Positions 51,371 through 63,739 of a DNA stretch of 64,000 nucleotides are shown here, piece by piece (within the stretch, counting starts at the first letter, position 1; each line of letters starts with the position of its first letter). The notes below the pieces were generated by a model. The model searched no databases. It had not been told where the DNA came from and saw nothing but the letters and a program-made list of their open reading frames with translations. The stretch lies in contig RSEE01000007.1 of assembly GCA_003971905.1 (NCBI GenBank), forward strand, positions 124,001-188,000, written 5' to 3'. Origin of the DNA: Moniliella sp. 'wahieum' (lineage: Eukaryota). The translations under genes and the position numbers were made by a program.

Positions 51371-51604
51371 ATGTCCATACTCGCTGGCCGACCTTGTAGG
51401 TCCCTCCCCTTTCCCTTGCTGCTTTTCCACACACTCGGCGCACAGACCAAAGGGGGACTGACACGCAACTGCGCCTCTGCAGGCAACCTGATGGCGCTTG
51501 GACCTTACGTCCGCTGCCCCTTTTGCGATAACATTATTGTCAAGCTGAACGAGTGCACATCTTGCCACCATTCACTCGTGGGGGTCCGATGCAACGAGCC
51601 ATAA
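51371..51604 (+). CDS. Possible small spliced Cys-rich peptide (48 aa, two CxxC motifs)
   Basis: ATG 51371; intron gtaggt 51396, ctgac branch, cag 51482; product MSILAGRPCNLMALGPYVRCPFCDNIIVKLNECTSCHHSLVGVRCNEP*. Confidence 0.3.
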   Translation: MSILAGRPCRSLPFPLLLFHTLGAQTKGGLTRNCASAGNLMALGPYVRCPFCDNIIVKLNECTSCHHSLVGVRCNEP

Positions 51605-52783
51605 GTATGGCCTGCCGTCCCCCCTTTCCCCATTCCCATCGGTCCTGCTCTCCGTGTATAATACGTTCCTCTCTCTCTCAATTCTCACAATTCTCTTCTC
51701 TTCGTCAACGTCAATATCTGCCTGTTCATACCCGCACCATTTCCCTCCCATCCAATACCCCCCCGCCCCGCTTCCGTCGGGTCTGTGGCCATTTGTTATC
51801 CCTTGCAGCGGGACAACGGTCCCATTCCATATCCAGTATCTCAGCATTCATAATGAGAGGGGCCTGGGGTCCCGGATCATACAAGTCAGGAGTCAGAGCT
51901 AGTCAGGAGTCAGGCCTCTCGTCAACGCGTCAGGCTAGCACCATGCGATTTTACATTTGCATGTGATCGGATAGTCGCGTCCTCTAATTGTGCTTGCCAC
52001 CCCAAGAGGAACCATCGCGCATTCATATCAGGTACCTACCTAACGTAGACATTCATACTTGCGTCTCTGTTGGCTCAGGTGTACTCAGGCAAAATGTCAC
52101 GCCCTGTGGCTCTTGCAGCGGCATGAACGTAACGCGTAAACGTACCAGAACCATGAGCTGAAAGAATGGGGGTTAGGGCGAAGCACTAGACAAGGCCATC
52201 AATGGCTGAGGGCGATGAATCGGTCACACAAATGAGAGCCCAGAACCGCGATTGTCCGCTAACTGAAAAGTAGCTACGCTAAAACAAGCTAAGGACGATT
52301 GCACTATTAAGGGAAGATAGGAAACAGTCAGAGATAGCTTATTCTAAGCTCCTGACGCTATTAGTCCGACGGTGTGCAACCGGGAGAGAGAGGAAGGAAG
52401 GAGGGGGAAAGGCGCGCAAGGGATAACCAGCCCAAGGTGCTCGGGAGGCGAAACAATGAGGAGACTTCCGCATATCAGTGGCTTGGCCGCAAAAGGCAAT
52501 GGCATGTGAGCGTACGATCAGCCATACTCTAACATGAACAGCGTGAACATCGAACTCCGTGTTGTCGCGACGCAGAGTACTGGTGAGGTCAACGTTGCCT
52601 TCATATGTAAGTCATCCATCGTGCATCATACATCTTTGCATTATCATGGAAGATGGGTTTGCCTCGTATAGAACGTGTAGATTGACCCTACGTGCATCTG
52701 GAGTTCTGGACTCTCCCGTAGTCTCCGAGTTGAGCATGAACGTCCTCAATACTGAACATTGGGTCAACGTTCAAGAGAGACTT

Positions 52784-54222
52784 TCAAAAGGAAAAGTCGA
52801 GGAGCTTGCCCTGCTGCGCGCTCAAGCGGGCCAGCTCGAGGGTGCGAATGGCAATCGCCACCTGCTCCACCTTGACGGCCTGAACAGCGTCGATGGCGGC
52901 ATTGCGCGCGGCCACCTCGGTCCCCGGAAGCGCGTTGGCTGCAGCCACCGTCTGGGCCAGATTGCGGTATAGGTCCATGTACCGTCCCTGCAGCTGCGGC
53001 ACTTCCTCCTGCTCCAGCGCCAGGGGAGCCGCACGGTCCTGAATGGGCTCGGTGGCAAAGTTGCGCGTGCGCGCGGGACCGGCCAAGAGGGTGAGCGTGG
53101 CGCGATCTTCGTGCCGACCAAAGGTATCGGCGCGTACGTCAGCATGGGCCTTGAGCTGCGCTTCCTGTGGGTCCAGACCATAGGTCAAAAAGGACCCCCG
53201 CGACCCATACACCTTGAACCGTAGCATCTTCTCGTTCGTGAACGGGGCCAAGACCGAGGCAGTGAGGCGGCAGTGCAGCCCAGCAGCACGGTGCCTGCCG
53301 CGGGCGAGTCGGCCGGAAGCGGGGCGCCAGGAGGATAAAAGAGTGCACCTCGAACCCATCGTCCACCTCGGGCGACTGCTGTCCTCGCGAGTTACGCAGC
53401 AGACCCAAGACCGACTGCGGCGGACCAAACAGGCTGATGGCTACCCACCGAGCAACGCATCAGTATCGCCGCAGTTTGTGAGCAGAGAAGGACGTACCTT
53501 GGTCAACGAGGTGGCTGCCCAGATCCCACAGCATCCCACCTCCCTGTGCTGGCAGCACCTCTTCTCTCCACCCCCCTTAGACAGGGGCCGGTATCGGTCA
53601 AAGTGCGACTCGAAAAAGAGAGGCACACCAATGGTCTGCGGCGCACGGGGGTACCCGGCGATCGAAAGGGATGAGGGCGCGTTCTTCACTGCATCTGCAG
53701 GTAGGAGCGATTGGAGCGTAAGAAAGTCGGCATCAAAACGGCGGTCTAGCACGGCACAAAACCGGAAAACAAGTTAGCTCGATCGCTCAATCATCTCGCC
53801 CTGGAGGATAACAACGAGAACGTACTTTGGTAGGTGTAGCAGACCACTCCATGCTGCTCTGCCACCGCCTGAAGTGTCTTGACATCTTCCGAGCTCAGTG
53901 CCAACGGCTTCTCACACAGCACGTGGCAGCCATGCTCCATAGCCTTCTTGGCCGTGGCAAAGTGGAGGCTGTTGGTGATGGTAATAACCACCACTCCACC
54001 TACAGGCAACCGGTTGGGACCCTGAAAGATGTCGTCAATGGTAGGGTGGATGTGGGCGGAGGGGAAGGCTTGGCTGGCCGAGGGCTGGGAAGAACCCGGG
54101 CGCTGCTGGATGGAGTGCAGGACAAACTGCGGCAAGGCCAACAGGAAGGGCAGGTGGAATGTGTGAGCGGAGCTGCCGAATCCCACGAGCGTGACGGGGA
54201 TGGGAGCCGATGAGGAGGACAT
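52784..54222 (-). CDS. Gfo/Idh/MocA-family NAD(P)-dependent oxidoreductase
   Basis: VTLVGFGSSAHTFHLP, HVLCEKP, Y-Q-(N)-RRFDADFLT across an intron ~53746-53825, FESHFDRYRP, GSFLTYGLDPQEAQLK. Frameshifted. Confidence 0.88.
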
Positions 54223-54404
54223 GACAGGCGAAGGGTGGATGAGATGCAAGCCGATGGTGGTGGGAAGAAGGGTCAGGTGTTGAATGTTAGACGCTGGACA
54301 GAAGATGCCAAGGAAATGGCAACCACCCGCCCCCCATCTGAGACTTGTGCCGCTGCAAAGCGGATGGTGTAACATGTCACGTGACACACCACAGTGGCGG
54401 AGTT

Positions 54405-55503
54405 TAGCCTCTCAGCCTCTCAGCGCTCAGGCTGAGCAGCAAGGCTGCCTCTGTCGAGGCGGTTGACTAGTAGCGTAGGACCGAATAGTTGCAAGAATGG
54501 CGCAGGGCAGTGGCAGAGCACAAGGGGTCCGTGCGGAGCGGAGCCATCGGTGGGTGAGGACGCGGGACGAGGAGTGGGTCACCGGTCACCGGAGAGAGCA
54601 CTCGAAATGTGGCTGTCGCTTCGGGCTTAACGTTTAACGTTTAACACGCTTAACGTTAAGCTTAACGCTTAACGCGGGGAGAGCTACGAGCTTCCAACGA
54701 GTTAACAAAAGGACCTCTGCAGGTGCACGAGAAGGGAACAATCAGAGTTCGTTTCTTGTAAGCCCCTCAGGCCTAAGGCTTGATATTCGCCCAATCTTGA
54801 GTGCAACCGGGCAGAGAAGGAAGGAGGAGGACGAAGCGTGGCGTTATGTGATGGATTCGGGGTGCGGGGGTCGCGCGACACTGCACGCTTTAGTAGTTCT
54901 GCCTAAGCTTCAAGCTCCAAGCTTCACAACACACCCCAACACTGGTGACCACCAGTCTCTCCGCCAAACTCGTGCTCCTTCAGTACTGAGCTCAGTGGTA
55001 ACGGGGATCAGTCCGATGTTCGATTGATTCCCGGAATTCGGACGATCGCGAGAACCGTGAACGCTCAACGTACCGCGTACACGTTCAACGGTGACATCGC
55101 TTCTCGCAATTGCTTCACCTCTTCGAATCCCGCTGGGGAATTGAACATGAACCTGAACGGCAGGCTCGGCAGTGTGAACGTTGTAAACAGCGAGTAGATT
55201 CGCCCTGCCATGCAACAATGGCCAGCGCCCCCAACGTGGCAATGGGGACGACTACCACGGCAACGAGCAACGACTAGTAACTAGTGACTAGCAACGCCCC
55301 CTCCCTACTGACAGCTTGAAGGGCTGGCACAGCCTGAGGCTGCCGAGGGCTTATTAGACGAAGGCAGTATGCCCTCCCCGCAAGGCAAAGGAAGAGAGGG
55401 GCATGGGGCACCCGGCACTGTTGCTACATATGTACAACCTTGTATGCGAGTGTGTGGTATGCAGTAAGGTACGAAGCCCCGGTCTCGGGTAACATGTAAC
55501 ATG
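54405..55503. repeat. Cluster of heptamer quasi-palindrome arrays
   Basis: ctcagcgctcag ~54419-54430; (GGTCACC)x2 54577-54590; (GTTTAAC)x2 54632-54645 with ttaac/ttaag units to 54675; aagcttcaagc ~54905-54925; AGTAACT-AGTGACT 55276-55289; GGTAACA-TGTAACA 55488-55501. Confidence 0.85.
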
Positions 55504-55590
55504 AGAGAGGAAAGGGCGTTGCTCGCTGAGCGCTGAGGGGCTTACTGCGCTAGGCTCCCTTCCCGAGAGTGGGGAAGCTCAGGCTGGGGC

Positions 55591-56048
55591 TTAAGCGGTT
55601 TCCGTGCCAAAGAGGGCCGGGAACTTGTACTGCAACTCGACGAGGCGTTGCACCATGCTCCAATCTATCGATGCACGCAGGACAAGTAAAAAAAACCAGG
55701 GAAGAGAGAGAAAAAAAGAGTTAGTCCCATCGAAGCAGACGAGGAACGCATGATGCGATAGAGGGGAACGGAGGACGTACTCAACGGCTCCTCACTCGGC
55801 AACGGCACCCCTTTCAACTCGCGCACCACCCTCCCATCCGCACTCACACGCGCAATCACCTCCACGGCCTGGCCCGCTTCAAGCTGAGGCAACAGCGACT
55901 CGGGACTGAGGTGGACCTCAATCGTGCCCTGGTCAGCGGCTTGGAGTAAGGCCGTCTCCCCCGTCACGCGCTGCAGTACGCCCCATACCCGTACCGTGTG
56001 GCCCACGTGCTCCGAGAGCGAGGCAGAGTTCACTAGGGGAACCGACAT
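55591..56048 (-). CDS. RFA3: Replication protein A 14-kDa subunit (Rfa3/Ssb3)
   Basis: MSVPLVNSASLSEHVGHTVRVWG...AADQGTIEV...AVEVIARV; intron gtacgt ~55780 to ~55666; last exon WSMVQRLVELQYKFPALF. Size and motifs fit the RPA14 OB fold. Confidence 0.8.
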
Positions 56049-56140
56049 GCTTGGGTGGGACTAGGAGGGTAAAGGTGGAGGTGGAGTAGGGCGATGGGAG
56101 AAGGTGGGGGGCGAGAAGAGCCCGCCACGCAGCTTTGCGG

Positions 56141-56160
56141 ATGATGCATGATGCATGATG
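56141..56160. repeat. (ATGATGC)x~3 upstream of RFA3
   Basis: atgatgcatgatgcatgatg read directly. Confidence 0.85.
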
Positions 56161-57140
56161 AGCGCACACCGGCCACCGCCGCGTCGCGTCGCGTCGTATC
56201 GCGTCCACTTCCGCTTGTGCCTTTTCCGCTGTGCGCACGCGGCCGCGTCAGGCTCCGTTTCGCTGCTTTCGGTGGCGCATCTCACAGCAACAATGGTCAC
56301 GTGCTGCCCTTTCGGCGTTAAGCTTTAAGTGGTTACGCGGCCGGTTACGTCAGATCTAAACATAGGGCTCGTCACGCGTCATGCGTCGCACGTCACGCAT
56401 CACACGTCAGCGCTTCAGGGAGCATCCAGGGCAGGGGAAAGGGGCTGTGACACGTGACATGTGATTCTGACTTCCTGTGACTCAAACCAGCCACCGTATT
56501 AAGCCACCGTGCCTAGCTAGTCACATGCACAATGGCTAGTGACTTCAACGTAGCGACTCGGGAAGAGTAGAGGGTTAGAGACAACTTCTGCGGATCTGCA
56601 ACCGTCTGGAACAATACTGGACACAAAACGACATGCAGCTACTGCAACAAAACACACACGCCGCACTCCCAAACGGCCGAAAATGGCAGTAAAGAATGTC
56701 CCATATGGAAACCCTGAGTTCAACATGGACGCGCCCTTCGCTTTGCACATGGTACCCACGCACCCAGCGCCGCCGGCTCGCTATCCAGGTGATCAGGGGC
56801 GGGAGTACGCCGGACAAGCAAATGCAGTATGCCCTCTGACAAGGAGATGAGAAGAGGGGCGTCGAGTACAGAAAATGCGGACACGAACCAAGAAAGGAAA
56901 AGTGAAGCCTAAAAGTGGTGGAGGAAACCTGGCTTGAGCGAGGCACGGAAGTCCGTACGCTCCCATCGCGTGCCGTATACATGCCCCGACAGACTGGGGC
57001 GGGAGTAAGAAGAAAGTGGATGGGGAAGGCACGGGAGCAGGTAAGCAAAGCGTGAGGGAGAGGATGGAGGTACGAAAGGACAGGGAAAGGGAAAGGGAAC
57101 GAAAGGTGAAGGGAGAAGGGGAGGCATATGGGTGGGGGCC

Positions 57141-59046
57141 CTACCCATGAGCAAAGCTCGACCGGGCGCGCAGAGCGGGGCCAAACTTGAACAGCACAAT
57201 CGGGATCGGAGCCAAGAGGACAGCAACACAGCCGAGCAACAGGCTGGCAAATCGCACATTCATCGCTTCAAACATTTGTGTTGCAAACAGCGGCATTCCG
57301 GCGCCGGCGGCAGACCGGACGACCGTGTTGGACGCCAAGGCCGAAGCGGCGGCAAAGAGGTAGGCCTCTACCACGTAGCTTAACATGCTGAGGAACAAAA
57401 GGAGAATACTGAACCCCAACAAACCCAAAGACATAAGTGGACTCCAGAAGGAAATGGAGGGGTAAGAAGTGAACCCAAACCTAAAAATTCCAGTATTAGT
57501 GAGGGTTCCAACACCGGCCAGGGGGAAAGGAGGATGGAGGCGTACCAGAAAAAGGAAATGAAGAAGGTAGCCCCGCCGAGGATGCCAACAACCAGGCGTT
57601 GCTCAGGAGCGACCGTGCCGGTGGGCGAGGCCTTCATCAACCGCACGTATCGAGGGTTCTCGATAAACACATAGCTGAGCACGCCGATCATGCCACCCAA
57701 AAAGAGAGGAAGGAACATAAGCCCGCCAATAAGACTGTTAAATCCATGCCCCTTCGGTTTGGGCGTCTCAAACTCAATGGGCACCGCTTCGAAGAGGAGG
57801 TAAAGAACACCGTAAACAAAGCTGGTCCAATTTTTTATGTTAGTGCACTGCGCGTCTAGGAAGGGAAGAGGAAACAGGAGAGTGGGAGAGCGGAAAAGAA
57901 AGGAGCGTACCTAGTGTAAACAGTGACTGCCATAAGCATGGGTTCCTTAAAGAGCATAATGAACGGTTTTAGCAAGGTAGCCTTCAGCATTTCGCGAACT
58001 TGAGCTTGATCATTTCAATGGGCCAACGTAACGCTCGTCGCCGGTTTCCTTGCGGATGCGCTTGGCCTTGCGGGCAAGAATGATAGGGGCATAGGTTTCC
58101 TTGATTGTGAAGGCGGTGGCGAGCCAGCAAGCGCACGAGAAGAAAAAGCACGTCCAATACGTCCATCGGAAATCCACCCCGCGCACCGCAATGGCGCCTG
58201 AGACTACTGGGCCGAGTGCAGGTCCTGTAGGGTCGGTCCAAGTCAGTCATACAGCCCAGAGGTAATAAGGTAGCGAGAATGTGAGTGACGGTGTGGGGAA
58301 GGGGGATACGCACCAGCAAAGGGGGCGAGAGAGAAGAGTGACATGGCTGTTCCACGGGTCCCTGCATCCCAAACGTCGGCGATCAAACCGCCACTGTTGG
58401 TCAAAGGCGAAGAAGCAAATGTGCCTGCCAGGAAGCGGAAGACAAGCAACCCTCCCGTGTTGGGAGCGAGGGCACATCCGAGATTGAATGCGGCATATCC
58501 AGTCAAGGCAATCATAAACGTGGGGTACCTCCCTACCCGCTCACTCAGCGGGCCCCATAGGAGAGGGCCGACAACGTAGCCACTATCGTTGGATTAGCTA
58601 ATTGAACCACTGTACAAAGAGAGAGAGATTGGGTCACGGACGTACCAGATAAATATGGAGATTGTCAAGGTGGCCACCTCACGTCCAAATCCAAACCTCT
58701 TCATCACAAAGGGCACTGTCCCACTTGGGGCGGACGAGGTGAAGGTGGAGTTGAGAACGAGGAAGCCGGACAAAATGGTAATGTACCATCGGTAGGTGCG
58801 GGACCAGTTTTGTGGGTTCTCTGGGTCGTCCTCGCCCTCCCAGCCAACAATGATAGGGCCGTCACCATTATCGGGTTGGGGTTGTTCCTCGCTATCTGCC
58901 CGTTCCCCGTTCTTCTCGATGTCGGCAACAGGGGAAATGGGGGTGTCGACTGGCTTGGCATTAGGGTGGTCGGGATGGTCGTCAGGGTGGTCGGAGATGG
59001 TGACCGACGAGCTGTGCCGGTCGGGGTTCTGCTCGTCAAATACCAT
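57141..59046 (-). CDS. MFS transporter, DHA1 (Tpo1-like drug/polyamine:H+ antiporter) family, multi-exon
   Basis: VGWEGEDDPENPQNWS, GPLLWGPLSERVG, LLVFRFLAGTFASSPLTNSGGLIADVW, ETYAPIIL, ASALASNTVVRS, LFKFGPALRARSSFA. About four introns. Confidence 0.9.
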
Positions 59047-59417
59047 GGCTGAAGGTGAGGGGGCCAAGGCAGATGGGGGACGGGACGCAGACAGGGCAAG
59101 GCCGACGGCAAAGGCGGACCAGCTGCTGAAGGCAGAGTAAAGGCAGGGGAGAGATGGTGGGGGAGAAGAGAAGGGTGTGCTGGGGGGCGGGCAAAAGGAA
59201 GGGGGTTGGACGGTGGGCGGAGGGCGGGACAAGGAATGGGTGAGTGCCGTTCGAGTGTTACGTCCGAGATCTAAGTGAACGAAAGGCAAGGGCTGCTAGT
59301 ACCCGGGTGCTGTCCATCCAGCTCCAGCCTGGTTCCAATGGGCAACCCCGACGATACCCGCGGGGTCGGACCAATTTTTCAGAGGCGCACGACCAGCCAC
59401 GAGTAACAGAGGGACCG

Positions 59418-61660
59418 AGTAACTAGTAACTAGCCACTAGCACGCGCAACGGCTCACAGATCACAGATCCCGTGCCACCATGTCACCGTCAGCGGCGATC
59501 GATGATGTGCCTCTCAGCGTATCAGCACTACCGAGGGCAGGCGGTGGGCGTTACGTTGAAGGGTCGATGATCGCAATGATCGGTGATCGATGAATCTTAA
59601 TCGATACCGGTAAGCGCCTGTCGCTGGGGCGTCGGACGCCTGGATCTGGCCACCGGTCACTGGTTCCCGTTAGGCGTGCTGGGACCCGCTTGGAGCTGCT
59701 CCCACCGAGCCTGGCTAGCGCGCTGAGATCAGCCTCAGGCCTGAGCCTGAGCCTCAGGGCCCCAGTATCGGTCATGCGCGAGGCCGACTGCCGCCGGTCA
59801 CCGGTCACAGTCACTAGTCAGTATACGTACCCAGTACTCCGTCGCTAGTCACCTAGTCACTCCTGTGACTGTCTGGAGTTTTCCTAGCCTGCCCTAGCCA
59901 ATCCCACAGCAGGTGCAGCTCTGCTAGCTAGTCCTTGCCAACTCCAGCGAACCAGTACCGCTAGCCAGGCCGCGCCGGCCGGCAGAGGCGCTGCAGAGCG
60001 CTGCCTGGCCTGCTGGAAGTCAAACCACCAGGGCCTGCCAGGACACGCCCCCATGCCTACGGTTTATCCGGGGTCTTTGTCGCTGGTGCCCCGACACTCA
60101 TCCTATGGGGAGCCGCAGTCCGGTTTCAAATCTACCGACGCAGTTGGCGCCGTCCACCAGCTTAACGCCGGTACCCCCGTCTGCTCTGGCTGACCACCGA
60201 AAATGCATCCTCGTCATGATCATCGAACATCGATCATCGCTCGAAGCGCTAATTCGAAGACCAGGCAGAGAAAACGTTGCAGAACCTGTGGAAACAGGCC
60301 GAGCCACACTGCCTCTGTGCCCGCTCCAGCTCCGCGGACGCGGACGGCCTGCCACCGCGGTGTTCCTGTTTCTATCGCCCCGTCGGGCGCAGGTGGCACA
60401 GGAAAGACCATGGGCACAACCAACAACAAGGGTGCTGGGTGCTAGGGGCTAGGGCTGCATCTTTCAGGATGATTCGGTGATCAGCGATTGCGATGCATGA
60501 TATGTGACGTGGGAAAGCATGATGCGTTGCAAGAAATCCGCTACCGCATTGCTCAGCCTGGGCGCTCAGCCACCCAGTGGGCATGTGCGTACACCGCCTC
60601 AGTACCTCAGTACCACTTGCTCACTAGATTCCCACTACTAGTGCATGTGATGGTACTCATGCGAGGCAGGCACTAGTCACTAGTCACTCAATACGAGTCG
60701 CTCACTACTCGGGTCGCATGCCACATGTCGCGTTTAACGTTTGCCAGTCTTGGCCTTGCCTTGGGCTGCAAGCGCTGCACATTCCTTTCTGCGGGATCCT
60801 TTTTTCCGGCTGACTGGAAACGCTGGACGTTGCGCAAACCCAATAGGGCCGCGATCCACTCTATCCACTCCGCACTCCGTGGACCAGGGACCCATGTTGC
60901 CCTGGCCGCTTTGCGGCGCCGCCAGCGCGGTCACCATCCCCGGTCACCGGTCACCGGTTGCACACCCTCCGTGGCCTCCGTGCATGCGCATGCGCGCCCC
61001 GCTTGTCCCCGCACAAGAAATGAGGCTTTTCGGCTGCAGAGCTTGAGCGCCACAGGGCTTCAAGCTCCAGCGCCTTCCACGTCATCTCATCATCCGCGCT
61101 GAGGCCTGCTGAGGTCGGCTGAGGCACTGCTGAGGAACTGCTGACGCACGGTGGGTTAAGCTCCTGAGGCTCAGGCCTGTTCATGTAAATTCGATTGCAT
61201 TGCTTCGCCGCCCCCCCCCCGAGCTTCGTCCAGAAATGCCTCCGATTATCAATTACTACGGTACTCCATCAGCTTCCTGCCACGATGCCCCCCTCCCTTA
61301 TACCATCGACCAACACGCCATTTCCATTGGCTACTGTCTTTTTAGCTCTGGATGTCGGGTATGGGGGCGCAGGGGTCTGGGATCTGAGGCCGCGTATTCC
61401 GAGCTCGCTATTCGTGGCCTCGCCGCCCTTACTAGTTACCAGTTACTAATAGTGACTGAAGGCACATCTGCTTTGGAAAAGCCAATATTGGCGTGTTGCC
61501 TTTTTAGACGCTCCACTCGCACTTTGCAATTGGTGAGCCCAGTGACCGGTGACCAGTGACCGTCGCTCACGGTGATGAGCCTCATCACTGAGCCACAGTG
61601 CGTTTGGCCAAAAAGAGGACCTTCAGTCCTCCTTACAGGCCTCATGCCTCGGGCCTAGGT
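59418..61660. repeat. Long MFS upstream region dense in heptamer quasi-palindrome arrays
   Basis: agtaactagtaactag 59418-59433; gatgatc ~59565-59592; ctcaggcctgag ~59733-59758; ggtcaccggtcacagtcactagtca ~59796-59820; ctagtcactagtcact ~60673-60688; (GGTCACC)x2 60942-60955; agtgaccggtgaccagtgacc 61541-61561. Confidence 0.9.
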
Positions 61661-62502
61661 GCTCGCGGTTTCCTCTAATTGATTTATTGTCTTTTCCTTT
61701 TTGTTCCTGTAGCGACACAGAAAAGGAATCGTCGAGACACCTAGCCTCTAGAAAGATCGGTCAGAGAGTATAGTGATTCAACTATCCAACACGTCGAGCG
61801 AAACAGACAGGGAAGGGAAGGGTGGTGTGGCGAGGAAAAGCGAGGTGATCTATGACATGATGCGGGAGAGTGAGAGAGGAAAAAGAGGCTGCGCGCGCGC
61901 GCGACCGTGGCTTGCTAAATATCCCTTCACATGCCACGTGCATGGCAAAACGTTCCGCACCGGGAAGTCTCTCTGTACTGTGCTTGGTTGGCATATACCT
62001 CCTCCTCGTCCTCGACCATCACAGCTAGTGCGTTTGCATCGGGCTCTCAAAGGCCATTGGACTCCAGTTCTCTCATCACACATAGCATCGCTGTATCCTC
62101 TTAGCATTTGAAGCTGTAGGGGGATACATATCTTCGCGAAACCGACTCGCTCGCTCAGGGTTTGCTATAATAGCTTCTCGACACTGACCAAGAAGCCAAC
62201 GGCCTCTCTTTGGCTTCCGTCTTTTCCTTCCAAATGTTTGGATGTAGCGCAAATTTTGCTTACGAGTGAGCGTGGTGGGCATGCAATATGAGAGTGAGAA
62301 AAACGCAGCTCCAGTAGTAAAACTCTTTGGCAGGCTTCTTTTATATAGTGGTCAACCTTTTGGCTGTCTTTTTTTCGAATGGCGTTGCACTTGTGTCGTA
62401 CCCTAGTGTCGTCGTGGTCAGAGGAAAGAATGAGTCTGGAGTGCATTCGTGGCATTAGGCGTTTACTGTTTTGCCTCAACATGCGAAATAAACAGCACTC
62501 GT

Positions 62503-62685
62503 TGTAACAGTAGGGCTAAACGAAGAGGGAGACCAAGGTCCTGTCAGAGGCGGGGGGAAAGGCAAGATCGTTCGTGGGAGGAAACAGAAGGCATCAGGCA
62601 GAGAACAGAAGCAAAAGGGAAGGGAAGAGCGAGAGACACAGGATGCAGAATTGGAAATTGGAGCGAGCTTAGTCATTCGGTGACA
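62503..62685 (+). mobile_element. Solo LTR (183 bp) with perfect 5-bp target-site duplication
   Basis: TGTAACA...GTGACA termini flanked on both sides by CTCGT (62498-62502 and 62686-62690); homologous to family A. Confidence 0.9.
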
Positions 62686-63739
62686 CTCGTTCTCCCTATG
62701 TTCTCCATGAGTGGACATCTTCTCCTGATCTGACGTGCCACACCATGTGTGCCACACCTTCCGGAAGCTTGACTCCCTTGTTGGCTTTCCTCGTCCTCTC
62801 GAGTTCGTCATTTTGTGGTCCACCTCTATCCCTAATCCACAACAAAGACCTACATTGGTGCCATCTTCAAAAGCTCATTCTCCCAATGGGCTTGTCTTCC
62901 CCATATCTTTTTCCGAGTAGGATTGCTCATAGGCACGCTGCCACATATCCCCAAGTCTGTGTCTATACACAGCCTTTCCACACAAGTCGACGCTTCTTCT
63001 GCGGAGTGTACTAATAGGTCTCACCTTGTCCCCAGCATCATGTTCGGATTCATCTCCGAACAGAAAAGGACAAACTCCCGTGAGTGTGCTTTCCATGCTC
63101 TCATAGATTTGGGCAATTCCGAGAGACGCCAACAACCAACACATGCCGGATGAGCGGGTCGCGGTTTAAACGGAGCGTTACTTTGCCCCAGCCATAAAAG
63201 CACTGTCAATGATATGGTTGGTGAGTGGATGGCGGATGTTTCGGCATTCACATCCCCAGCGCCTTTTCAAGAGGGCTATAGAGAGGGAGGGTAAACAGGT
63301 GAAGAGCTTTGTATGTACATTGCATTCGGGCCCGAAAAGCCACATAGAATTCATACCGTCGGCATTCCTGCGCAACACGCAACTCATCTTCAGTTCTCTG
63401 TCAACAATTTACCGCGTACCCACTCTGGACTGTCGATGAGATGTCTTGCCCACTATAGTCTCCGTGTTGTTCCCTAAGAGAAGGTGTAGACAACTAATAT
63501 ACTAATCTAGCCAGAGTTCATTGTGTCAAGTGCCAGGGACTGGAAGGCATCTCACTACTGTGTGCAGAGGTCCGCAAAATCCACACACCTTCATATTTTC
63601 CTGCTGGACGTCGGAGACTGTGTTGGGGGGGAAAGGGCGTGGGAAGGACGCGCAGCATGGACCACACGTAGAGGGGAGTGCGCCGATGCTTTTGATTGGC
63701 GAGAGCACAGAAGGAGGATGAGGAGCCAGACTGGTATGG

